Below, in pieces: positions 1 to 11,651 of a stretch of 64,000 nucleotides of DNA. Position 1 is the first letter of the stretch; the number at the start of each line of letters is the position of its first letter. Below the pieces are notes generated by a model. The model searched no databases. It was not told the DNA's origin and was given only the letters and a program-made list of their open reading frames with translations. The DNA is taken from the NCBI GenBank assembly GCA_030390025.1, contig CM059433.1, positions 21,826,001-21,890,000 on the forward strand, given 5' to 3'. Both the position numbers and the translations under genes were made by a program. This stretch comes from Squalus acanthias. Its lineage: Eukaryota.

Positions 1-184
1 TATTTTTTAATGGAAAGAAAATAAATAATTACATTCTATTACACTGCCTGATTGGGCTGGTTCATGGAACACTTTACATCTGTTGGTATAAGGGAGGAGT
101 GTAATGGCATAGAGTACAGGGTGACGGGAATGCTGAAGATCCAGTCGTGAGTCCCAGTCCTTTTCTCGGTTGACCCTCTGGAAC

Positions 185-1978
185 CGCTAAAACATAGGAG
201 CAAGAGTGGGCCATTCAGCTCCTCGAGCCTGTTGTGCCATTCAGTGACATCGTGACTGATCTGCATCTTAACTCCATCCCCCTGCCTTGGCTCCATATCC
301 TTTTATATGCTTGTTTAGCAAAAATCTTTCGATCTCAGATTTAAAATTATTAATTGAGCTAGCATCTACTGCTTCTTGTGGGAGAAAGCTCCACACTTCT
401 ACCACCCTTTGCATGAAGAAGTGTTTTCTAACTTCTCTGCTGAATGGCCTGGCTCTGATTTTAAGGTTATGTCCCCTTGTCCCAGACTCCCCCACCAGCA
501 GAAAAAGTTTCTCTCTATCTACCTGATCAATTCCTTTCAAAATCCTAAAAAACTCAATCAAATCACCCCTTAATCCTCTATATTCCAGGGAATACAAGCC
601 TAGTTTATGTAATCTCTCCTCATAATCTAACCCTTGGAGGTACCCTGGTAATGTTCTGGTGAATCTGCACTGCACGCCTTCTAAGGCCAATATATCCTTT
701 CTAAAGTGCGGTGCCCAGAACTGTACACAGTACCCCAGATGTGGTCTAACCAGGGCTTGTACAGTTGTAGCAAAACTTTCTCCCCTTTATATTCTAGCTC
801 TCTAGTTATAAATGCTAACATTCCATTAGCCTTTTTGATTATTTTTTGTACCTGACTACTACATTTTAGTGATCTGTGTACATGGACCCTTAAATCTCTT
901 TGGACCTCCACTGTTCCTAGCTTTTCACCATTTACAAAATACTTGAATCTATCCATTTTTGGTCCAAAATGGATGCCCTCACACTTACCTGCGTTGCAAT
1001 CCATGTGCCACTGTTTTGTCCACTCACTCAATCTGTCAATGTCTCTTTGTAATTTTATGCTCCTGCCTACACTACTTGCTATAGTACCAATCTTTGTGTC
1101 ATCAGCAAACTTGGATATATGGTTCTCTATTGCGTTATCTAAGTCATTAATAAATATAGTGAATAGTTGAGGCTCTATTGCACAGATCTTTATAGGACAC
1201 CGCTAGTCACTTCCTTCCAATTCGAGTACATACCCATTATCCCTATTCTCTGTTTTCTACCACCTAGCGAATCACCTAACCAGGTCAATAATTTGCCTTC
1301 AATTCCATGAGCTTCAAATTTAGCTAACAGACTCTTATGTGGAACCTTATCGAATACCTTCTGGAAATCCATATAAACTACATCCATAGACATTCCCCTG
1401 TCTATTATTTTAGTTACTTCCTCAAAAAATTCAATTAGGTTCATTCGACATGACCTACCCTTTACAAATCCATGTTGGTTCTCTCTAATCAGCTCAAATT
1501 TCTCCGAGTGTTCAGTCACTCTGTCCTTAATTATAGATTCCAATAACTTCCCCACCACAGATGTTAGACTAACAGGTCTATAATTTCCTGGTTTCTCTCA
1601 CTTTTCTTGAATAATGGAGTGACATTTGCAATTTTCCAATCTAAAGGGACAATTCCTGAATTGAGCGTGCTTTGGAAGATTATGGCTAAAACAGCTGCAA
1701 TTTCCTCACCTACTTCCTTTAAAACCCTGGGGTGGAAACCATCAGGTCCTGGGGATTTGTCAGTCTTTAGTGCCATTGTTTATTCTGATACTGTTTTCTT
1801 GCTTACATTAACTTTAGTGAGTTCCAATCGTTGATTCATTATTAATTTCCCTGGAATGTTAAGTATATTATCCTCTTCCTCTACTATGAATACTGACACA
1901 AAGTAATCATGCTACAAGTCTGCCATTTCCTTATTTTAATTTTCAATATTACCTGTATCTGTTTTTATAGGGCCACAG
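185..1978 (-). mobile_element. CR1/HER1-like LINE, 5'-truncated, frameshifted RT and 3' tail
   Basis: ORF fragments KSPGPDG, QHGFVKGRSC, YMDFQKVFDKVPH, FFMQRVV; CR1 3' hairpin tail near 190-260. Confidence 0.92.
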
Positions 1979-2872
1979 ACTGTTCTTCCCCTTTCATTAG
2001 ATCACCCACTTTGGACTCACTTCTCTGCACACAGAAGTGAGCCACATATTCTAACAACCCATCTCGCTGGTTTCTTTTTCATCCCCGGGCTACTGTCTTT
2101 CTGTTTCTGTTGGCACACTTTTTCCAGTGCCTTTTTGATCCGTAGTATATCCACCTCACCTTCTAAGCCGTGTACTTTATCTTCCAACTCCTACTCCTCA
2201 TCCCGCATTCATTCCATAGTCTTGTGGCTAGCCAGGAAGCAATTAGTAGCTTGTACAGTATGGACCCTGACTGTATCATGCTCCTCCTTAAATTTCTCTA
2301 TTTCTGCCTTCAAGCCTTTATTTTCGGTCTGCATCTGATCATGCTGCCTCCAAAGGACACCTATTCCCAGACAAAGCTCTTGCAATAGATATGTTCTCTG
2401 TCTCCTGTCTTTCTGTTTCTGCTGGTACATGTGCTGCAGTGCCTTCCCAATTTCCTCCCAGCTCCCTTTCAAAATTTCTTTGGAAAAGCGATAGGGTCTC
2501 CCTTTAATTCTAATCCCGTCAGAAATTTTCAAAGGAACCAACTTGACGAGAAACCTTATTTTTTGTCTGATACCATCCTATTCCCTAGATCGCAATTCCC
2601 AGGAGCTAATTATACCCACTATCGATATTGAATCATACTCACCGTCTGCGTATTGTTGGACGAGTTCATGGCACCAATTGTTGGATCAACTGTTAGTCAA
2701 CCTCCTTCCTTCAATGGTTCACAACAACACACTTCGAGTAAGCATGAGACACTTGATGGTGGAGTATACGGAACAGACTTTTTCATATACAGCACAGGTG
2801 ATCAATCTATATTATACACAGAGAGTAGCCTTTCGGTTTCTTTATCTTTCGAGCTTTCTAACTAATTATTGA
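1979..2872 (-). mobile_element. ERV/LTR retroelement remnant: partial 5' LTR, PBS, gag-like ORF
   Basis: Minus strand reads ...CCAACA-AT-TGGTGCCATGAACTCG (2661-2680), an LTR end plus tRNA-His-like PBS, followed by a 110 aa coiled-coil ORF at 2209-2541. Confidence 0.55.
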
Positions 2873-3418
2873 AAACCTTAGTTTGGCTACATCAAAGGTA
2901 CATGCCACAGATAAGACTTCATGATGTAGTTGTTCTTGAATCCTTTGAGAACCTAAAGAGTCTTAGTTGTGTACTTCAAAGATATTTTCCTCAAACAAAC
3001 TATTCTTTCTGCTGTGGCACCCCACTGCTATCCTGTTTAGCTTAGAAAGCCTGTTGCTCCGAGATACAAGGAAGTTTGATTATTAACCTTTAACTCTCCA
3101 AGATGTCCAACGGTAGCTTTTATGATAAACTGCAGAATGAGCACCGGCAAATTAGAAAATTGTACAAGCAGGCCTTCAGCTTGTTTGACAATCTCTGTCT
3201 GTGATTTTCTGGCTGGGTACATTTTTGTGCCAAAACTATTATTTTAAATGTATTTCGTGCCATTATAAAGGCTAACAGATGTTTTACTCTATCTGTAGCC
3301 ACTTGCCAACAGCCTCTCTTTTACTGTATACAATTATCCTCCACTCGCTCCACTTATTAGGTGCGTTCCTTACAGGGAAATAAAAATTCACTAACATTGC
3401 AATATAATATGAGGTCAG

Positions 3419-4070
3419 CCTTCAAAGATATTGGTTTGCTGCTGCGATCTGGGTGCAGGGAACATTCCCTGCGCCAGAATGGGTAGGCCTAAGGCCCACC
3501 CGATATTGGGCCTCAGGCTTCATTTACATGAGACCGGTGAGCTGCAGACACCTGCTGGGCATCCCCAGCCATCTCCTCAGCGAAGAGGATTTCAATTTTG
3601 GACCACTGCTGGCAGCAGCCGTCTTGTAGGTCTTATGATGGGGGGCGGGATGTGATCGTAGGGAGGGGAGCAATCGGATGGCAGCGATTGAAAGAGGGTG
3701 TGGTGTAGCTATCAGGAGAGGACGATTGGGAGAGAGCCAAGTGGGAGCCAGAGAGGAACACTCCTGAACCTCCCAGCTCCACATCCAGTTAAGTATTTCT
3801 TTAAAAATGTACCGTTTTGGTGGCAGTCTCCAGTACTACCTTTACACCATGTTTTCCTGACTGCAGCCGACTTGCCACAAAGAGACAATAAGTCCCCTTA
3901 TTTGTATATGGAAAGCCTGTTTCAGACGCAGGCCCGAGACGCTTCTTTTTCTGCGTTTACCAATATGGTGGACGGTGCACAATGAGCGTACGTCTTCCAC
4001 GCCATGTTGGCTGCGTAGCCACCTGTTTTGTGCCTGAAAAACAGGAACGACACCATCAAATTTCTAGGTT
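3419..4070. mobile_element. Degenerate non-autonomous DNA transposon (Harbinger-like MITE)
   Basis: GC-rich island; terminal caccatcaaatttctagg matches the end of the element at about 55211-55230. Confidence 0.45.
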
Positions 4071-4227
4071 GTGCACTCTCAACACATGATGCCATCTGGT
4101 TCGATTGACTTGGCGTTGAATACAGTATACCTACCGTTCTAATTCCAGTAAAGATTTTTAGCTCATCTCCATTTGCTGCAATACATCTGTTCACTTTTGT
4201 ATACCATCTCTGCTGACCACAGCACTG

Positions 4228-5043
4228 TTCAATAGATAGATCTGGAATGTCTGTGCAGACAAATCATAGCCTCAGATAAGTGGCAAGTAACATTCGCGCC
4301 ACACAAGTACCAGGGAATGACCATCTTCAACAAGAGAAATTCTAACGACCTCCCCTTGATATTCAATAGCATTACCATCGTCAAATCCCCCACCATCAAC
4401 ATCCTGGGGGTCACCATTGACCAGAAACTTAACTGGACAAGCCACATAAATACTGTGGCTACAAGAGTAGGTCAGAGGCTAGGTATTCTATAACGAGTTA
4501 CTCACCTCCTGACTCCCCAAAGCCTTTCCACCATCTACAAGGCACAAGTCAGGAGTGTGATATAATACTCTCCACTTGCCTGGATGAGTGTGGTTCCAAC
4601 AGCACTCAAGAAGCTGAACACCATCCAGAACAAAGCAGCCTGCTTGATTGACACCCCATCCACCACCGGCGCACCGTGGCTGCAGTGTGTACCATCTACA
4701 AGATGCACTGCAGCAACTTCCAAAGGCTTCTTCGACAGCAGCCCCCAAACCCACGACCTATACCGCCTAGAAGGACAAGGGCAGCAGGCGCATGGCAACA
4801 CCACCACCTCCAGGTTCCCCTCCAAGTCACACACCATCCTGACTTGAAAATATATTACCGTTCCTTCATCGTCGCTGGGTCAAAATCCTCAAACTCCTTA
4901 CCTATCAGCACTGTGGGAGTACCTTCACCACACGGACTGCAGCGGTTCAAGAAAGGGGCTTACCACCACCTTCTCAAGGGCAATTAGGGATGAGCAATAA
5001 ATGCCGTCCTTGCCAGTGACGCCCTGTGAATGAATTAAAAAAA
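4228..5043 (+). mobile_element. CR1/L2-group LINE 3' fragment
   Basis: Degenerate ORF2 C-terminus (LNTIQNKAACLI, VCTIYKMHCSN); tail aagggcaattagggatg...aataaatg...gaatgaattaaaa; second copy at 28088-28544. Confidence 0.8.
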
Positions 5044-5165
5044 GAAAGCTATTTTTTCAACACAGAATAAGCTTACTGGAGCATACCCACTGCCTAGGCT
5101 ATTATCAGCTGTTCCTGTTGTACATCACATTGGCTTTTGATAGTACAGTAGCAGGGTTCTGTATT

Positions 5166-6092
5166 TGAGAGATCTCCCTTTCAGCATTCCGCAGGGACCG
5201 CTCCCTCCGCGACACCCTAGTCCACTCCTCTACCACCCCCAGCACCCCTTCCCCTTCGCCCGGCACCTTCCCGTGCACGCGCAGGAGATGCAACACATGC
5301 CCTTACACCTCCCCTCTTCCCACTGTCCAGGGCCCCAAACACCCCTTCCAGGTGAAACAGCGATTTACTTGTACTTCCTGCAATTTAGTATACTGTATTC
5401 GCTGCTCACTATGTGGTCTCCTCTACATTGGGGAGACCAAACGCAGATTGTGTGACCGATTTGCGGAACACCTCCGTTCAGTCCGTAAGGGGGACCCCGA
5501 GCTCCCGGTGGCCTGTCACTTTAATTCACCGCTTCACTCCCACTCTGACCTCACCGTCCTCGGCCTATTACACTGTTCCACGGAAGCGCAGCGTAAGCTC
5601 GAGGAACAGCACCTCATCTTTCGTTTAGGCACGCTACAGCCCTCTGGACTCAATATCGAGTTCAACAATTTTAGATCATAACCTCAGCTCCAATCACATT
5701 TATATTTTATTTTTTCCACCCTTTTATTTGCCCCCCCCCCCACCTTTTTTTTCCTCCTAGAAGCTGGCAGCTGTCCTTCATTCTGCCAGTGGATTTCACA
5801 CTTCTTTCAGCCTTAATCTGTCACATTAACACCACCTCTAGCCTTGCATATCTCTTAATGTCTCTTAATGTCTCTTCATCTCCCCCTTTGTTCTTTTATC
5901 CCCTCCCCCTTTTCCCAGCTTTACTCTGGCCTTAAATCTATTTGATTTCCGGCTCTTCACAGTTCTGACGAAAGGTCATCGACCTGAAACGTTAACTCTC
6001 TTTCTCTCTCCACGGATGCTGCCTGGCCTGCTGAGTTTTTCCAGCGTTTTCTGTTGTTATTTCAGATTTCCAGCATCCGCAGTATTTTGCTA
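5166..6092 (+). mobile_element. Penelope-like element 3' end: GIY-YIG endonuclease and pLTR
   Basis: ORF 5352-5681 FTCTSCNLVYCIRCSLCGLLYIGETKRRLCDRFAEH...GLN, preceded by CxxxxCxxC (CTRRRCNTC); pLTR with hammerhead motif. Confidence 0.92.
5961..5997 (+). ncRNA. Minimal type-I hammerhead ribozyme (Penelope pLTR)
   Basis: agtt-CTGACGA-a-aggtc-atc-gacct-GAAA-cgtt-aact: both catalytic boxes, stem II, stem I agtt/aact and palindromic AACGTT stem III. Confidence 0.8.
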
Positions 6093-6797
6093 TCCCATTC
6101 ATTCTGTTGAGTTGTGATGGTATTGTAGACTTCATTAGAAACCACTTTTCCAGGATGTTTTTGCCTGTGCTAAGAAATAGTGTTTGGATGCATAGGGGGG
6201 AATGGAATAATTAGTAACAATCTAGACTTTGTAGGGGCAAAAGGCTCAATGTGATTTTATTCTTTAATTTGGGGAAATGCTTTTTTATCTCCACACAATT
6301 TAAATTTTATATTTCATTTAGTGGGCTCTTTATCCTAATAAGAAATCCCAGGCATAAACCATGGCTTTAAAATAAAGGGATCTTTTTATTATGCACCAAA
6401 TAAATATGGACCTAGAGTTAAACAACATCTACAGTTTATACACAATTTAGAAGGGCTTTTATAACAAAAATAGGAAAATCTTCTAACTCCAATATGAATA
6501 CTCTTATTAGAGAAAAGACCTATATTATATTAACCCCTTAAAATTAAGCTTTATGTATACTTAGGATTGGCTCAGTCTTTAAGGTTTGTTGAGGCCTTGT
6601 AGATGTCTCGATGCCCATGGGTAGTTTCGTAGCATATGCTTTCTTAGGATCAACAACAACAACTTGCATTTATATTGCGCCTTTAACGTAGTAAAACGTC
6701 CCAAGGTGCTTCACAGGAGCGTTGTCCATGCAGGGAGTGATCGGAAGAGGCAGGAAGGCAGAGAGCAGGCTTCCTCTACATGGTCATTTATATAGTC

Positions 6798-7126
6798 TCT
6801 CTCTTAGGCAGTCCCTCGGAACTGAGGATGACTTGCTTCCACATTAAAAGTGAGTTCTCAGGTGACTGATGAGTCCAATGCGGGACCTACAATCTCTGTC
6901 ACAGGTGGGGCAGACGATGGTTGAAGGGGCGGGTGGGTGGGGTGCTTGGGTTGACGTGCGCTCCTTCCGCTGTTTGCGCTTGGCTTCCGCTTGCTCCCGG
7001 CGAAGAGACTCGAGGTATTCGGCGCCTTCCCGGATGCTTCTCCTCCACTTTGTGCGGTCTTGGGCCAGGGATTCCCAGGTGTCGGTGGGGATGTTGCACT
7101 TTTTCAAGGAGGCTTTGAGGGTGTCC
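6798..7126 (-). mobile_element. RTE-clade (BovB-like) LINE 3' fragment
   Basis: KDTLKASLKKCNIPTDTWESLAQDRTKWR...CPTCDRDCRSRIGLISHLRTH; 11-bp TSD tttatatagtc at 6787-6797 and 7127-7137. Confidence 0.9.
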
Positions 7127-8640
7127 TTTATATAGTCCCCTTGATTGGGACACCTTTGGGGTGGTTGCTTCCCAACAATAGGCTTCTTCAAATATAGTTC
7201 AGGAATTGATTGGAACTCCCTTCATCCATTGTCTTTGATGTGACTCAGTTATGTGGGTTACCACAGTGATCCGCCTTTCTTTTGTATCAACCATGAGGTG
7301 CGATTCAACAGTCCTTTTACTCCAACCTGTCTGGAGCCAATTTCACCCGTTTTATACAAAACTTGCTTTTATCGTATTTTTTCCCTGCAACCTGAACATA
7401 CGTCTGCCTCAACTGACAATAGTCGCAGCAGATATGTGGTGGATCTTCTCTGGGTCACATTCCTAACTTGGGGGTTGCCTCCCAGCTGGTTCTGCAGTCC
7501 AAATTTTGAGTCAGCTATCCAGAAATGTCCAAATTGCAAACTGGGCACAAAACATTGGGTAAAATTCAGGTTCATTTTTCTATTCACTTTGATATCTCAT
7601 TAAGCGATAAGTAATTATTAAGGCAAAAAGGTTTTCTATTAATTTTCATCTTGTATGAAGCAAGCCTCACAACACATTACATGATCCCATCCATCTTCCA
7701 TCCCCACCCCAGTTGGAACTTGGAAAAAGATGGCATGTGCTCTTAACTGTATTAATCACATCAGCGTTTGCATAGCATTCCTGCTGCTTTCATGGCTTTC
7801 AGAACTTTTTCATGGTGGCACACGACTGCGACAAGTGCCTCATGTTCTTGATTTGTGATTCAAAATGCCAACTTCAAGTTGGGTCACAGCTGTTTCTGAC
7901 ATATTTCTGCTTGTGGGGCTTCCTTTCCGCCCATGCATTTCACCATAACTGACTTGGTGTACTTGGTCTTGAGAGATTCGAGCCTGACGAACACACACAC
8001 CAAAATGACCCTAAGGTGGTGGACTGACTGGAAAATATACGAGCAATAGCATCTGGTCACATTAACAGCTGACTGCCAGGGCTTCGACAAATGCAACTCA
8101 AGCCCAGTTTCCTCAGTAACTGTAGGGATCTGGCAGAAGCTACACAGTTACATTCGAGTGAAGAGCTGTGCCAGAGCAGCCTGAATAGAGGTGACAGAAA
8201 GAGTAAATGCTGTTTCAAAGTGCCCTCAACCTGGGAGCAGTAATAAACTATCTGGTTAGCGGAAGGAAGTACTGCTAATATTTTGCCAATTTTAAAGTGT
8301 TGCCTCACAAGGCATTTCACTGTAAGCTTGTTGCAGTATCACAGATAGAGAATGCACCACTTTCCGGCAACTTTTCATGCAGCAATATTTTACAAGGGCA
8401 CTCTTTAGCTATTGCATTGTGTTTATCTTGTGGCCAATTCAATAGAGCAAATGGCGAACACCAAGGACGCTGCCCACACAAGACACTTGCATGTTGCTTG
8501 TTCACATACTCACATAAAGTGGCTGCTAGTTTGGATACTTAGATGGTGCATCTCATATTTCTTATTCCAACATCCAACATCTTCCCTTTTTCTGCCTGCT
8601 TGCAGAGCAAAGCTGCACATATCAAGCATCGATATATGTA

Positions 8641-9396
8641 GGGCCAAAAATTCGGCCCTTGCCAGGTGAGTACGGACTGTGTACTCACCCGCAAGGCCGC
8701 CTGAAGTGCCGGTTTCCTGCATGCACTGCGCATGCACGGGAAACCGGAACTTCCGGTCTGGTGAAGGGGGCAGTTCATAGGTGAACTGCGTGCGCGGTAG
8801 AGGCTGCGCGCACGCAGCAAACTTAGGTTTTTTTTCAGGTTTCTACGGGAGGGTAAGTATTGAAGAACCTGCACATTTAAAAAGGAGGCGCAGGAGCCGT
8901 TTTCAACAAGGTAAGTGGTTAATTAAGTATAATTTAAAAAAATTTTCAACAGATTTACCTTTTTAGATACTTTAAAGAAAGGTAAGTTTATTTTTAGCAC
9001 TGTTAAAAAGTATTTAAATTTTTTCAAAAATTTAAATTTTTGTTTAAAGTAGTTAATTTATTTAACTATAGTTATTTTATAAATGTGATGGGTTTTTAAA
9101 AAAATTATTTTAAGTTTAGCTGTTCTTTTGGGGCCGATTTCAATTCATAGATTTGACAGGTCTTCCTGTCAAATCTATGAATGAAAGATGGTCTGCTGCC
9201 ATTGGCTCTCCATAGCCCACGTGATCCCAGGGGACGCATCGCACTAACTGCGCCCCTGGGACACGCAAGCACTGCGCGCCGGCAGTTGGAGCAGGCCCAG
9301 GAGCTGAAGTTCCCGTGGGCCCAGAGGTCAACGGTAGGTAAGTGCAGCGCGCGATCCTTACCCCCGCGGCAAGCCGGAGAGGCGAATTTCAGGGCC
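8641..9396. mobile_element. Non-autonomous TIR element (Harbinger-like), family shared with 43494-44237
   Basis: Imperfect TIRs gggccaaaaattcg / cgaatttcagggcc; internal hairpins; AT-rich core. Confidence 0.7.
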
Positions 9397-10576
9397 GTAA
9401 TCTACACCCCTTGACTCCCTTACAAGGAAATGCCTTTGAAGATTCTGTGAATGGAAGCAATAGGGGTAGAGTAAGGTCAAAAGCTTCCTCCAAGCTCACA
9501 AACATTATTATTTTTTATTTTTGTTCTCTGCCGCTCGCACATTCTTTCCCCCCACATGCAAGTATGCGCTGCCTCTGCTTGCCATATAAGTTCTGCTTTA
9601 AGTGGTATTTTCCTACCAGCATTCTAAAATATGTCATTGTTCTGTTCCTCTGGGTGAGAAGAGAAGGATGAAGCAGAGCTGAATGTCTGGCCACTGCCAA
9701 GCACTTCACAGCGCCCTGCATCATTCACTCGTTGATGCTAAACACCAGAACTGATATACACACGCGCAGAAGCTGTGGCCCGAGATTCGGTTGCTTAATG
9801 AAGCACAGATCATGATTGAGAAGGACGAAGTGCAGGAGCATTTGGAGGAGCAGCAACCAGTTGTCTCGAGGGCCAGCTCACTCAGCTGCTGATACGCGTG
9901 ATTAGGATCTCACAGAGCCTGTCTAAAAATGTACTTTGATAGCTCATCAGCAGCAATTCATGCAGTGATTTGAGAGTGTGCCAAGCAGCCTGCATAGTTT
10001 GTGGCCACCTATGGAGGAGTCTACAACCCTTATGTTTGAAGGGCTGGATTTTCCTGGGGGCCAGCGGGTGCAATTGGTGGCGGGTTGGGCGGGAAGGTGT
10101 TTTTTTTTTTCCCAGGCGGTTTGGAACCCCGCTGTGAACCCGTCGCCACGTGCCTTTCCCCGATGTTGGGTTTGTCAGCGCTGAGCAGACCCGACATGCA
10201 GCGGCGGGGGACCCAATTTAGGTCATTATGACCTTGTTTAGAGATGATTAAGAACACATTTGAGCTCACCTTTTGATTTTACGTGCTCGCCCACGGGGTC
10301 CTCGCTACTCGGGGATCACGTCTGTTAAGCTGAGGCAGGAGTTCAGTGGCCATTGAATCAGCTGTGGAGCTGACGGCTTCAAATGTCAAGTAAAAGCTCC
10401 CACCATACAGAGATATCTTCCCTCAGCCACAAACTTTTCCTCACTGCATTTCCACAACAGATTCACCGTGCTGCAAGTCTTTACACAAGTCTCCAGTCCA
10501 GCCTGACCTCATTACCTCTCTCACCATTGACAGATCGCTTCTGTGAACTCGACTTCACCTGCCATCTATTCCATCA

Positions 10577-11651
10577 TGTGGAGATGCCGGTGTTGGACTG
10601 GGGTGGACAAATGTGAGAAGTCGCACAACATCAGGTTATAGTCCAACAGCTTTATTTGAAATCACAAGCTTTTGGAGCGCTGCTCCTTCGTCAGGTGAAG
10701 TGAAGAAATGCATATAGGCACAGCATATATAGTCAGAGAGCACTGCCAGACGATTACAGTTAATCTTTCTAACTGCCCTTTATCACACCTCGGCAGAGAG
10801 ATAATCACGGCAATCAAAGGTGTGGATGGTGTCCAAACAGGTCAGTCAGGAAAACATTACATCAAAGACAATGAGGTGGGGTCACAAGGGGTCAAATGTG
10901 GCAGATGCTGGCGTCTGTATGGAAAACAAAAAACTTTTTACTTTTTTTGCTGGAAATCACAGCAGGTCCGGCCGCATCTGTGTAGAGAGAACAAGCCAAT
11001 GACGACTCGAGTCTGGATGACTCTACGTCAGGTGGGGTTACATGTAGCGTGACATGAACCCAAGATCCCGGTTGAGGCCATCCTCATGGGTGCGGAACTT
11101 GGCTATCAATTTCTGCTCGACGATTTTGCGTTGTATGGTGTCTCGAAGGCCGCCTTGGAGAACGCTTACCCGAAGATCAGAGGCTAAATGTCCTTGATTG
11201 CTGAAGTGTTCCCCGACTGGGAGGGAACACTCCTGCCTGGCGATTATTGCGCGGTGTCCGTTCATACGTTGTCGCAGTGTCTGCATGGTCTCGCCGATGT
11301 ACCATGCTCCGGGGCATCCTTTCCTGCAATGTATGAGGTAGACAACGTTGGCCGAGTCACATGAGTATGTACCATGTACCTGGTGGGTGGTGTCCTCACA
11401 TGTGATGATGGTATCTGTGTTGATGATCTGGCATGCCTTGCAGAGGTTGCCGTGGCAGGGTTGTGTGGTGTCGTGGTCGCTGTTCTCCTGAAAGCTGGGT
11501 AATTTGCTGCGAACGATGGCAGTGTTCTCTGACTATATATGCTGTGCCTATATGCATTTCTTCACTTCACCTGACGAAGGAGCAGAGCTCCGGAAGTTTG
11601 TGATTTCAAATAAAGCTGTTGGACTATAACCTGGTGTTGTGCGACTTCTCA
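10577..11651 (-). mobile_element. Penelope-like element (second family): GIY-YIG fragment with inverted pLTR arms
   Basis: ORF 11038-11286 QTLRQRMNGH...EQKLIAKFRTHEDGLNRD; about 135 bp inverted arms (about 10611-10748 and 11517-11654); 14-bp TSD catctattccatca (10563-10576, 11652-11665). Confidence 0.9.
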
